Below, piece by piece: positions 48,446 through 57,882 of a stretch of 64,000 nucleotides of DNA. Both the position numbers and the translations under genes were made by a program. A model generated the notes under the pieces. It had not been told where the DNA came from, did not search any database, and saw only the letters and a program-made list of their open reading frames with translations. This stretch comes from Candidatus Scotarchaeum otlingeri (GTDB lineage: Archaea > Thermoproteota > Nitrososphaeria > Geothermarchaeales > JDFR-13): contig MTMA02000006.1 in assembly GCA_002011075.2 (NCBI GenBank), positions 411,529 through 475,528 on the forward strand. The letters are read 5' to 3'. The first letter of the stretch is position 1; the number at the start of each line of letters is the position of its first letter.

Positions 48446-48804
48446 CATTCTTCTTCAATAATATCTGGCTCTAGGATCTTATGATATTTGCATAGGTAGC
48501 CTTTCCTCATAAATTCATCGGTCAACTTAATTATGATCTCTGCAACTTCAAATTGACTAGGTCTCTTATCGATAATATGTTTTGTAACATCTTTAACGGC
48601 TGATATAACATCCTCATTTTCATATAAGTTGGCTACCTTTCCCCGAGAGTGTGAAAGATAATATGAAACCACTGCTTGAGTTATACTTAATAGCTCAGCG
48701 ATCTCCTTCTGCTTTAAACCGTAATTTACATACATCTCTCTAACTATCATACTCCTTATAGCGGGTATAACAGTCTTAACAGCCACCTCATAGGGTGTTA
48801 ACAT
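48415..48804 (-). CDS. HTH transcriptional regulator with C-terminal Cys/His cluster
   Basis: The HTH segment 'LKQKEIAELLSITQAVVSYYLSHSRG' and a C-terminal 'CKYHKILEPDIIEEECHLCEE' (C-x2-H ... C-x2-C), suggesting metal or redox sensing. Confidence 0.6.
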   Translation of the reverse strand: MLTPYEVAVKTVIPAIRSMIVREMYVNYGLKQKEIAELLSITQAVVSYYLSHSRGKVANLYENEDVISAVKDVTKHIIDKRPSQFEVAEIIIKLTDEFMRKGYLCKYHKILEPDIIEEECHLCEETADK

Positions 48805-48819
48805 ATCTATCCCCTTACC

Positions 48820-48836
48820 ACATAACTATGTTATGT
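48820..48836. promoter_or_regulatory. Perfect 7-3-7 palindrome ACATAAC-TAT-GTTATGT, candidate operator
   Basis: Read directly from the sequence. It lies 16-32 bp upstream of the minus-strand regulator start codon (48804). Confidence 0.3.
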
Positions 48837-48980
48837 TTATGGTTACATTAAAGTTTCCTATATACTATACCTAATAATATTTAGATAACAATAGAATTTC
48901 TATATAATATTTTAAGAAATTAACAAATAGAATGTTAAATCTTCGTACTTGATATTTTTTATTTGATAAATCTGTAAAAA

Positions 48981-48997
48981 ATATCCTCTGAGGATAT
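48981..48997. promoter_or_regulatory. Perfect 8-1-8 palindrome ATATCCTC-T-GAGGATAT, candidate protein-binding site
   Basis: Read directly from the sequence. It lies in the 289-bp divergent intergenic region between the HTH regulator (48804) and the MBL hydrolase/sufS genes (49094). Confidence 0.3.
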
Positions 48998-49093
48998 CTA
49001 AATATTTGATGGATTAAGCCCTATATCACCCACATCTAATGAACAGAGAATTTATATTATTAATTATATTGACAATGCGAATATATTTTTGGA

Positions 49094-49750
49094 ATGTTTG
49101 AATATAACAATATCAAAATAATATGGACAGGTCACGATGGATTTAAGATCAAAAATAGGATAACTATCTATATAGATCCATATGGATTGTCGAAGCCTGA
49201 GCCCGCTGACCTCGTCTTAATAACTCATGAACACTTTGACCACCTAAGCAAAGGAGATCTGGAGAAGATAGTGACTAGTAAAACGGTTTTGGTAGGTCCT
49301 TATGAAATAAAGAATATTGTAGAGACTCTGCCAGGGGTAAAAGTATATGTTAAGCCTGGCGATATAATTGAGGAAGTGGGTGTTAAGATATGGGCTGTCC
49401 CTGCATATAATATAAATAAATTTAGAAGTCCAGGTGTAGTTTTTCACCCCCGCGAGGAATTGAAGGTAGGATTTGTTATCGAGGTAGATGGAGTCAAGAT
49501 TTATCATGCGGGTGATACTGACAATATCCCTGAACTTAAGGGTATAGAATGTGATATAGCATTACTACCTGTTAGCGGCACTTATGTAATGACAGCTGAT
49601 GAAGCCGTGGATGCGGCCAAAACAATTAATCCTAAAGTGGCGATTCCGATGCATTATGGAGCTATAGTGGGATCTAAAGATGATGCATTTAGATTTAGAG
49701 ATAAACTATCGGCTACAGATATAAAGGTTATCATTCTGGAAAAAGAATAA
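49094..49750 (+). CDS. Metallo-beta-lactamase fold hydrolase (UPF0173-like)
   Basis: Metal-binding motif 'ITHEHFDH', 'YHAGDT' and 'PMHYG'. 218 aa. Confidence 0.8.
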   Translation: MFEYNNIKIIWTGHDGFKIKNRITIYIDPYGLSKPEPADLVLITHEHFDHLSKGDLEKIVTSKTVLVGPYEIKNIVETLPGVKVYVKPGDIIEEVGVKIWAVPAYNINKFRSPGVVFHPREELKVGFVIEVDGVKIYHAGDTDNIPELKGIECDIALLPVSGTYVMTADEAVDAAKTINPKVAIPMHYGAIVGSKDDAFRFRDKLSATDIKVIILEKE

Positions 49751-49770
49751 ATAATGAGAGATGATTAAGG

Positions 49771-51024
49771 TTGTATCCAGACGTCTGGGGTAGGGAGATA
49801 GACATCAAAAAGGAGATATTGAAGGATTTTCCAATTCTTGGTAGGAAAATAGGAGGCAAGAGACTAATATATCTTGACAGTACAGCGACGAGCCAGAAGC
49901 CTATCCAGGTGTTGGATGTAATATATGAATTCTATTCTCGGAGTAACTCCAATGTACATAGGGGTATATATAAATTAAGCGAGGAATCTACAGAAGCTTA
50001 TGAGAAGAGCAGAGAGAAGATAAAGAAGTTTATAGGGGCACGTGATAAAAGAGAAATAATATTTACAAGAAACGCAACTGAATCACTGAATCTTATAGCG
50101 TATTCTTGGGGTTCTCAAATCATTAGGAAGGGGGATAATATCCTGCTAACTGTAATGGAACATCATAGTAATCTCTTACCATGGCGTAGGATAGCCAGAG
50201 AAAAAAAGGCTAATATACACTATATAGGAATAACCAAGGATGGACGTTTAGATCTATCAGAGTTAGATAACTATAGCAAGTTGGAGCCGAAAATCCTGGC
50301 TATTACCCATGTGAGCAATGTATTAGGAACTATCAATCCGATAAAGGATCTCGCTAAATGGATACATGATCTAGGCGGTTTTATAGTTGTTGATGGAGCC
50401 CAGTCCGTCCCTCATATGCCCGTGGATGTTAATGATTTGGATGCGGATTTTCTTGTTTTCTCTGGTCATAAGATGCTTGGTCCAACAGGAATCGGGGTTC
50501 TATACGGAAAGTTTGAGATACTTGATGAGATGGAGCCTTTCTTGGTCGGTGGAGAGATGATCTCTAGGGTCACACTTAAAGATGAAAGCTGGAATGAGTT
50601 GCCATGGAAATTTGAGGCAGGTACACCGAATTATGTTGGAGCAATAGCATTAGGAATGGCTATTGACTACTTAAATGCATTAGGAATGGACTGGGTCTAT
50701 AATCATGAGAGAAGACTTGTACGATATGCGTTGGATAAGTTGCTGGATGTGCCTGGAATAAAGATATATGGACCGTTAGACGATAGGGATAGAGGGGGAA
50801 TCATTAGTTTCACTATGGATAATGTCCATCCGCATGATATTGCAACCCTCCTTGATGAAGACGGTATATGTATAAGAAGTGGGCATCATTGTGCCCAGCC
50901 GCTACATGATATACTAGGGGTACCAGCTACTGCAAGAGCAAGCTTTTATATATATAACTGGGAGGAAGATATTGATGCGTTGACAGCATCATTGATGAAG
51001 ATACATAAGCTATTCGCTATATAG
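49771..51024 (+). CDS. sufS: Cysteine desulfurase (SufS/CsdA-type, class-V aminotransferase)
   Basis: 'YLDSTATSQKP', 'HHSNLLPW', PLP-lysine 'FSGHKMLGPTGIG', and the catalytic Cys loop 'RSGHHCAQP'. TTG start as listed. Confidence 0.9.
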   Translation: MYPDVWGREIDIKKEILKDFPILGRKIGGKRLIYLDSTATSQKPIQVLDVIYEFYSRSNSNVHRGIYKLSEESTEAYEKSREKIKKFIGARDKREIIFTRNATESLNLIAYSWGSQIIRKGDNILLTVMEHHSNLLPWRRIAREKKANIHYIGITKDGRLDLSELDNYSKLEPKILAITHVSNVLGTINPIKDLAKWIHDLGGFIVVDGAQSVPHMPVDVNDLDADFLVFSGHKMLGPTGIGVLYGKFEILDEMEPFLVGGEMISRVTLKDESWNELPWKFEAGTPNYVGAIALGMAIDYLNALGMDWVYNHERRLVRYALDKLLDVPGIKIYGPLDDRDRGGIISFTMDNVHPHDIATLLDEDGICIRSGHHCAQPLHDILGVPATARASFYIYNWEEDIDALTASLMKIHKLFAI

Positions 51025-51038
51025 AGATAAAGTTCCTT

Positions 51039-52190
51039 CTATTTAGATAGAAAAAGTATAGATTCTCTGGCAACACCTATCTTGATGGTTCTATTTCTTG
51101 TTGCCACTCTCTTATTTACAGCCCATAGCTCCCTTGGCTTGAAACCTATTAAATATCCCAACTTTGCTATTACTATATCGCTTTCAATAATCCTATCTGG
51201 AAAGACTCCTCCAGCTACAATTATAGCGGCATCACCATTATCTTTTAGAACTCTATGAATTTCCTTTAATGTTCTCCACATATCTATGAAATATGCCTGT
51301 GCAGCTAAAGGCATCCCATCGATTATATACTCAGGGAAATCTCTTGGTACCTTGATGCTAGGCATTAGCCCCATATATGACCTAACCGGATTAAGATGTA
51401 TACCCCCCATAAACAGCTTGTATTCTATTTCATATACCTTGGTATATTCAATCTTATTGAGATAAGGTGGGCTGGTAATTACATAGTCGATACATTCATC
51501 CTCTAAATCAAGTTTTCTTGCATCGCCGACTCTAATATCAATAGTAGAGGTCTTCCACTCCATTTTTTTCAGATCATTAATCATTTTCTTGATGATTCTT
51601 TTATAGAGTGGTCTTAATGGAGGCGTCTTCCTCCTTATTAATCTAAGCACAGCTCCATCCTTATAGGCATAGGTTACTTTGGAGGCTGCATTCATCAGCC
51701 CTAACATAAAGAAGTTCCTTATCTTCATATCTTGGATATCGAGCAATAATTCTCTGAAAAAAATTATATCCTCCAAATTATGTTTCTCGAAAGCCTTCTT
51801 TATAAAAGGATCAATATTCTTTAAGTCGGGCTTCTTAAACCTATGTTGAAATAATTGAGCCGAGTACTCTCTTAACTCTTCAATATCATAATCCTCAAGC
51901 TTTACCTGTGATACAAATACAAATAGTGGACTGATCTCGCGGCCGACACCATTTATACCCTTCTCTTTACATGCAAGTAGAGTGGTTCCAACACCGAGAA
52001 AGGGATCAAGAACCCAATCTCCCTCCTTGGAATCAAATTTATCGAAAAGCAGAAATATCAGTTCCCGGGAAAACCCCTCCTTGAAATAGAACCAGTTATA
52101 GACTGGTTGTTTCTTATTGGGTATAAAAGTAACTAAGTCTCGAAGATCATGTCGCTCCATATATTTTAAGTCAAATCCCTCTTCACTCAT
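51039..52190 (-). CDS. DNA methyltransferase (N4-cytosine/N6-adenine class, SPPY motif)
   Basis: SAM-binding motif I 'LDPFLGVGTTLLA' near the N-terminus and catalytic motif IV 'VITSPPYL' about 170 aa later (alpha-type order). No restriction endonuclease candidate is adjacent. Confidence 0.7.
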   Translation of the reverse strand: MSEEGFDLKYMERHDLRDLVTFIPNKKQPVYNWFYFKEGFSRELIFLLFDKFDSKEGDWVLDPFLGVGTTLLACKEKGINGVGREISPLFVFVSQVKLEDYDIEELREYSAQLFQHRFKKPDLKNIDPFIKKAFEKHNLEDIIFFRELLLDIQDMKIRNFFMLGLMNAASKVTYAYKDGAVLRLIRRKTPPLRPLYKRIIKKMINDLKKMEWKTSTIDIRVGDARKLDLEDECIDYVITSPPYLNKIEYTKVYEIEYKLFMGGIHLNPVRSYMGLMPSIKVPRDFPEYIIDGMPLAAQAYFIDMWRTLKEIHRVLKDNGDAAIIVAGGVFPDRIIESDIVIAKLGYLIGFKPRELWAVNKRVATRNRTIKIGVARESILFLSK

Positions 52191-52228
52191 TAATCTATCA
52201 CATAAACCATGAATGTCTTTATCTCTGG

Positions 52229-52813
52229 CTATAAGAGTATATCTTCATATTCTATTGCTATTCCCCCATTAAAGATTATCTCCCTAATCGCCTTCTCGCT
52301 GTCACCCGGATTTACGTCGACACCCTTAATTGCATCCAATAATAACACTACTTGATAACCCAGTCTTAATCCATCCAAAGCGGTAGCTTTAACACAGTAA
52401 TCGGTTGCTAAGCCAGACACAAATATCCTTCTAATACCTGCCTTTCTAAGCACATCATCCAGCGACGTATTATGGAAACCGGAGTAGGCCTCTTCATCTT
52501 CATTAAACCCCTTGCTAATGATGATTATGTCGCCGGGTAGTTTCAACTTTTTGGGATACTCCGCCCCGAAGGTATTCTTGATGCAGTGTGGCGGCCATGG
52601 CCCGCCCCGTTCTCTAAAGGAAATATGATTTGGGGGGTGCCAGTCTCTTGTTGCAACGATTAATCTATTTTTATCTCTAAATAGTTTTATATATGAATTT
52701 ATGGGGTTTATAACTCTATCTCCCTCTGGAACTGGAAGGGCGCCTCCTGGTAAAAAATCATTCTGGACATCTACTATTATCAAGGCACTTTCTTTCGTTA
52801 AAGCAATCTTCAT
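52229..52813 (-). CDS. pncA: Nicotinamidase/pyrazinamidase (isochorismatase family)
   Basis: 'ALIIVDVQNDFLPGGALPV', 'TRDWHPPNHISF' and the catalytic Cys region 'GLATDYCV'. Confidence 0.8.
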   Translation of the reverse strand: MKIALTKESALIIVDVQNDFLPGGALPVPEGDRVINPINSYIKLFRDKNRLIVATRDWHPPNHISFRERGGPWPPHCIKNTFGAEYPKKLKLPGDIIIISKGFNEDEEAYSGFHNTSLDDVLRKAGIRRIFVSGLATDYCVKATALDGLRLGYQVVLLLDAIKGVDVNPGDSEKAIREIIFNGGIAIEYEDILL

Positions 52814-53007
52814 GGTCTCACCATTATAATTGAAGATTAATATTTAATTATAAATAAATGGCGGTAATCCACCTTGTTTTACTGTTAAATAGATTTATGA
52901 GCCCGGCTAAGGCAGGATTGAACAATCTAGACCTGTATCATAGAGTTAAGATTTATATATTACTATATTGATATAGAAATGCTAATGTGGTATAAGTCTG
53001 GTGTAGC

Positions 53008-54273
53008 GTGAGAGTAGAAGTAATGACTAACCTGTTCTATATAATCCCTCAAAAATTTGTAATGGCCATTCTATCGACTTTATTTGTCCTTAGAATAATA
53101 GAGTTAAACGCTTCATCAATTCAGATTAGTATATTAGCCATAACACTAATTCTATCTGGACTCTTGGGTTCGACAATCCTCCCTCAAATTATACCAAACA
53201 TAGGAAATTCAAAGCTTATTTTTATCACCAGCTATGGAGGTTTATCTGTAGCTGCATATTTCTCGACAATCAACAATATAAACTTAATCTACATATCCGC
53301 TGTAATTGCAAGCTTTTCATCGCAAATGGTATATTACACGATATATCTCGATATCCATGATAATATCCATGTAGCTAGATCCGATGTATTATCTCGATTA
53401 GAGACGATGGGAGGCGTCTCCTGGATTATTGGATTAATAACGGCGACAACCCTATCATTTAGCTTACCCTTATCACTATTAGGATTATTCACATCTATAG
53501 TAGCCCTATTAGCAGTAATATCTGTGTCATTAAATGGATCCATGAGGAACGGAGGCGAATTATATAAAAATACAAGGTTCACCTCATATTTCCATAGGGC
53601 ATCCCTTCCACATTTAAATTGGGCTGAGAAGATAATTCACTTAAAAAAAGATCTTTTCGCGAAAAGAACCAGATATCTATTCATATCCCTTATAGCTATT
53701 CAATTTGCTATTTCCTTTGCTCTTACTCACTTCATTCCATATCTTAAGAATCTAGGTATAGAAGATTATGCAATTTTCCTACTTACAGTCGTAAGTGCAA
53801 CGGCATCCACCGCGACATATAGTAGGGCCGGCAGGACATTCGAGGGTCAACGGACACTGCTAAACTCCCTTATTCTTAGGTCATTGGTATATTACCTAAT
53901 ATTCATAGCTGTTGTATTCTATGGTTCATCACTAATGTCCAATTATAATTATTTATTACTACTTTTCTTGCTTATCGGCGTCTCATGGGCCTATCTCTAT
54001 ATAAACATATCCTCCATAGTAATAGGACTATCACCAACGGGTATATCATATAGTAGCTTAATGTCGGGCATAGGTAGTGTATCAGGAGCCGCGCTATCTG
54101 GAGTAATATACAGTTATTTGGGATATTCTATTCATCCCGGGGTTTCGATCATCATTCTATTGATAATTGCATATATAATGATGTCGAGACGCCTTATATC
54201 AACTCAGGATATCCCTGCAAGGCGTTTCATTATGATATATCAGCAACGATTTATACATATTAATAACAGATAA
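53008..54273 (+). CDS. Polytopic membrane protein, MFS-like transporter (tentative)
   Basis: 421 aa with about 10-12 hydrophobic helices split by a basic central loop. No diagnostic motif seen. GTG start as listed. Confidence 0.5.
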   Translation: MRVEVMTNLFYIIPQKFVMAILSTLFVLRIIELNASSIQISILAITLILSGLLGSTILPQIIPNIGNSKLIFITSYGGLSVAAYFSTINNINLIYISAVIASFSSQMVYYTIYLDIHDNIHVARSDVLSRLETMGGVSWIIGLITATTLSFSLPLSLLGLFTSIVALLAVISVSLNGSMRNGGELYKNTRFTSYFHRASLPHLNWAEKIIHLKKDLFAKRTRYLFISLIAIQFAISFALTHFIPYLKNLGIEDYAIFLLTVVSATASTATYSRAGRTFEGQRTLLNSLILRSLVYYLIFIAVVFYGSSLMSNYNYLLLLFLLIGVSWAYLYINISSIVIGLSPTGISYSSLMSGIGSVSGAALSGVIYSYLGYSIHPGVSIIILLIIAYIMMSRRLISTQDIPARRFIMIYQQRFIHINNR

Positions 54274-54509
54274 GTGGTGGAGTATATACGTCGCTCGATA
54301 TAGACTCTGACGAACATATAATTATTAAAATAACTAGATAATTAGATTAATGCAATACTAATAGTAACATTAAGGATAGATAGTATTATAAAAGAGACAG
54401 TCATTTTTCACAGGATGTCTGCGTTAAACAAAAGTGAAGATACTAATATCGAAAAGGATATTTAAAGACTTTAAATATAAGGTAGAAATCAGAAAAACTC
54501 ATATAAGTG

Positions 54510-55022
54510 TTAATCAGTCTTCTTCTTTGATATTTTTTCTTGATCTAAGTGCTCAATATCTACTCTGGGATCTTCATTTATAATATCTACTATCACAATG
54601 GTATTTGTCCTCTCGATTTCTTCATAATTTATGAATTTCTCTAGGATATTACCAATAAAATTCTCTCTATTCTTGGCTCTAGCTAAAACTACAAAATCAT
54701 ATTCCCCTAACACATAGTATACAGCCCAGACCCCCTTTATTCTGGAGAGGATTCTCCCTATTTTCTTATGATACCCGGGGCCATATTTGGCCTTTACAAG
54801 AGTAATTGTAAAGTAATCATTTCCAAGCATCTTGGGATTAACTTTAGCATAGTATCCCTCAATAACCCCCAATGACTCCAGTCTTTTTATTCTATAATAT
54901 ACGGTTGATTTAGGCACATCAATTGTTTTGGAAATCTCGTCAAGAGACTTTCTACAATCTTCTTGGAGAATATTCAAAATTTTGGTATCAATTTCGTCTA
55001 ATATATTCTTTTTCATTCTCAA
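54510..55022 (-). CDS. Lrp/AsnC family transcriptional regulator
   Basis: 'LDEIDTKILNILQEDCRKSLDEISKTIDVPKSTVYYRIKRLESLGVIEGY' is the HTH_AsnC pattern, followed by a RAM-like domain. Confidence 0.9.
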   Translation of the reverse strand: MRMKKNILDEIDTKILNILQEDCRKSLDEISKTIDVPKSTVYYRIKRLESLGVIEGYYAKVNPKMLGNDYFTITLVKAKYGPGYHKKIGRILSRIKGVWAVYYVLGEYDFVVLARAKNRENFIGNILEKFINYEEIERTNTIVIVDIINEDPRVDIEHLDQEKISKKKTD

Positions 55023-55189
55023 AAATATCTATATAAAGTCCTTTTTTAATAAACATATAGGCACTTCACAGAGTAATATTTAATATTATTCAAGTTTCAA
55101 TGCAAGACTTAGTATAAAAGACATATATATAGATTTTTACCTTGAATAATATTTAGATATCCAGTTAATTTTATAAATCATTTCTAATA

Positions 55190-56821
55190 ATGATATTAAT
55201 GTATTATATTGCCTATTGGTGTAAAACAATGTCTCAAGTATTCGCAAGAAGAGCAAGCGGTTTAGTGCGCGAAGCAAACCTCCTCGATACAGTTCTATTC
55301 GGCATAATGAATAATGGCGCCGCGGTATCAGTATGGTACTATATTACAGGGGCACCTTATCTATTCCCAGGTGTAAACCAAATTGTAACTTTCCTAGTAG
55401 GGGGATTCCTCGGTATACTTGGTTTTGGAATGATATGGGGGATATTGGGTGCAGCGATGCCTAGAAGCGGGGGTTCATATGTATATAACTCTAGGATTAT
55501 TCATCCGGCGATAGGTACCGCGGTCAGCTTTGCAAATGCGGGCTTCGTAATGACAGCATGGATATGGGTATTGGCTCCATGGATCGCCGACCCCGGCCTA
55601 CCAATATTGGCGGGTGCTATCGGTCTATCTCCAGATGTCGTTGCCTGGTGGACCCAGCCAGTCGGAATGTATATTGTTGCGACAGTGACTAACTTCTTTG
55701 GACTACTTGTTGTAATAGGTGGTCTTAAGAAATTTTTCTATATTCAGAGGGTGTTTATCGGATTAAGCCTACTTGGAGTCGCAGTGGCAGCCATTCTATT
55801 TACCGTGACCAGCCATAGTACATTTGTAGATATATGGAATAGCCTTGCAGGTCAACACGGCTCTCCCACATGGTCAGAAACACTAGCTTTAGTTGACCAA
55901 GAGATAGGGCTTCCAACAGATTGGAATATATTATCTAGTCTTGGCGCGATATTACCCTTAAGCTGGGGGATTATCTATGGATATGTTATCTCATTTATAG
56001 GTGGGGAAGTAAAAAGTCCAAGGAGAAATATCTTCATCGGGCAGATTCTAAATATTATTGTTATGATTACACTGACCGCCTGGACCGCCCTATCCCTTGA
56101 AAAAATGGTTGGTTGGGATGGGCTCCATGTTCTAGCATATATTGATAACGAACTTCCAGCTTGGTATACACTTCCGTTCCCTCCAACATTCTTGAACCTT
56201 GCATCTATGCTTGTAGGCTTTAATATGATACTGGGTCTATTGTTCGGGTTAAGCTTCATATTTGCAGATTTTCTATGGATACCATTTTCATATATCGCTT
56301 TCAGTAGAGGGTTATTTGCTTGGGGTATGGATAGAATAGGACCAATGTGGTTCACAGATATAAATCCAAAGGTGCATCAACCTATTAAGCTTCTTATAAC
56401 CGAATTTATACTGGGCCAGATAGGTATCACGTGGTATGTTACCTCTCCAACCATTTTAGCAGGGTTCTCGGTTGAAGTCATGCAGCTATTCTCGGTATTC
56501 GGTTTTACTGCACTCAGCTGCCTTATATTCCCATTCATAGCTAGGGTAAGACATATATGGGAAGCCTCACCTCATAAGGAATGGAAGATCATAGGTATTC
56601 CCTATGCAGCTATAGCAGGGTTCCTTACTATGATTCTTGTAGGAATATTGATATGGGCCAATTTCTATACAGAGGGAATGGCGTTACTCAACAATATCTG
56701 GGTACCTATCTATATAACAGTCTGGGTTAGCGGATTACTATGGTACTTTGGGTGGAAAACCTTTAGAGCTAAAGAGGGTATAGACGTGACTCTCGCCTTC
56801 AAAGAGCTCGCGCCAGAATAA
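55190..56821 (+). CDS. APC-superfamily amino acid/polyamine permease
   Basis: About 12 TM helices, with 'MPRSGGSYVYNSR' typical of APC transporters. The likely start is the Met of 'MSQVFARR', about 39 nt downstream of the listed start. Divergent from the Lrp regulator gene. Confidence 0.75.
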   Translation: MILMYYIAYWCKTMSQVFARRASGLVREANLLDTVLFGIMNNGAAVSVWYYITGAPYLFPGVNQIVTFLVGGFLGILGFGMIWGILGAAMPRSGGSYVYNSRIIHPAIGTAVSFANAGFVMTAWIWVLAPWIADPGLPILAGAIGLSPDVVAWWTQPVGMYIVATVTNFFGLLVVIGGLKKFFYIQRVFIGLSLLGVAVAAILFTVTSHSTFVDIWNSLAGQHGSPTWSETLALVDQEIGLPTDWNILSSLGAILPLSWGIIYGYVISFIGGEVKSPRRNIFIGQILNIIVMITLTAWTALSLEKMVGWDGLHVLAYIDNELPAWYTLPFPPTFLNLASMLVGFNMILGLLFGLSFIFADFLWIPFSYIAFSRGLFAWGMDRIGPMWFTDINPKVHQPIKLLITEFILGQIGITWYVTSPTILAGFSVEVMQLFSVFGFTALSCLIFPFIARVRHIWEASPHKEWKIIGIPYAAIAGFLTMILVGILIWANFYTEGMALLNNIWVPIYITVWVSGLLWYFGWKTFRAKEGIDVTLAFKELAPE

Positions 56822-56829
56822 ACCATCAC

Positions 56830-56848
56830 TTTTTTCCCTCTATTTTTT
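56830..56848 (+). terminator. Oligo-T tracts, candidate archaeal intrinsic terminator
   Basis: Two T6 runs (56830-35, 56843-48) begin 9 nt after the permease stop codon. Confidence 0.35.
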
Positions 56849-56876
56849 ATTATTATATGTCTAAGAGGTGTGAAAA

Positions 56877-57875
56877 ATGGCTATAGTTAAAATATTTTTT
56901 ACAGTTGATATTCATGGTTCCACCGCATGCTTTAAGAAGTTCATAAAGGCTTTAGAGGTATATAAAGCTGATATAGGCATTTTAGGGGGAGACTTATCTG
57001 GTAAAATGGTTGTACCCATAATCATACAAGATGATGGGTCATACTTATATGACTATATGGGAGAGAAGATATTGGCGAAGAATAAAGATGAACTTAAGGA
57101 TATAGAGAAAAAACTTGCCTATATGGGTAATTATTATTACTACATGACTATAAAAGAATATGAGGATCTAAAGGCAGAGGGGAAGACCATCGAAGGAAGG
57201 ATAGACGAAAAAGCCAAGAAAATTACGCTTGTCTCAGGTAAATTAGAAGATATATTTAGGGAAGTGGTTACAGAGAGAATTCATGAATGGATGGAATATG
57301 CCGAGGAGAAGCTGAAGAAACTGGATAAAAAGATTTACATTATCCCCGGCAATGACGATATACCTGAGGTAGATGAGGTTTTTAGAGCCCATGAGTCAGA
57401 CCACATAATTTTTGCTGATCTACGTAAAGTTGAGATAGATGGTCATGAAATGATAGGCTTATCTTGGTCTAATAGAACTCCCTGGGATACCCCTAGGGAG
57501 GCTGATGAGGAAACTCTATGGAAGATGATAAAGAATTTAGCAGATCAAATAGATGATTATGATAACGCTCTATTCCAGCTTCATGTCCCGCCGCATGGAA
57601 CTCTTCTAGATGAAGCTCCAACGTTATCGGATGATTTAACTCCATCTGTTAGTGAGGTAAGTAATGTGGGGAGTACAGCTGTATTAAGAGCTATCAAGGA
57701 ATATCAGCCATTAATTGGGCTGCATGGACATATCCATGAATCGAGGGGCATACAGAAAATAGGTAGGACTATAATCGTAAATCCAGGGAGCGAATATAGT
57801 GAGGCCATACTTAGAGGTGTTCTACTAATGGTAGGCGATAAGAAGCTTAAGAACTATATATTTACCTCGGGGTAA
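56877..57875 (+). CDS. Calcineurin-like metallophosphoesterase
   Basis: All five MPE motifs are in order: 'VDIHGS', 'GGDLSGK', 'GNDD', 'LHVPPHG', 'GHIHES'. Confidence 0.8.
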   Translation: MAIVKIFFTVDIHGSTACFKKFIKALEVYKADIGILGGDLSGKMVVPIIIQDDGSYLYDYMGEKILAKNKDELKDIEKKLAYMGNYYYYMTIKEYEDLKAEGKTIEGRIDEKAKKITLVSGKLEDIFREVVTERIHEWMEYAEEKLKKLDKKIYIIPGNDDIPEVDEVFRAHESDHIIFADLRKVEIDGHEMIGLSWSNRTPWDTPREADEETLWKMIKNLADQIDDYDNALFQLHVPPHGTLLDEAPTLSDDLTPSVSEVSNVGSTAVLRAIKEYQPLIGLHGHIHESRGIQKIGRTIIVNPGSEYSEAILRGVLLMVGDKKLKNYIFTSG

Positions 57876-57882
57876 CAATATT

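Noticed and set aside
52899-52923. GC-richer patch whose reverse complement 'GTTCAATCCTGCCTTAGCCGGGCTC' looks like a tRNA T-loop/3' acceptor fragment (possible att-site remnant)
   Set aside because: No complementary 5' T-stem, D-arm or anticodon arm can be drawn from the flanking sequence. No integrase or duplicated partner site is present in the window. The resemblance is too short to support.
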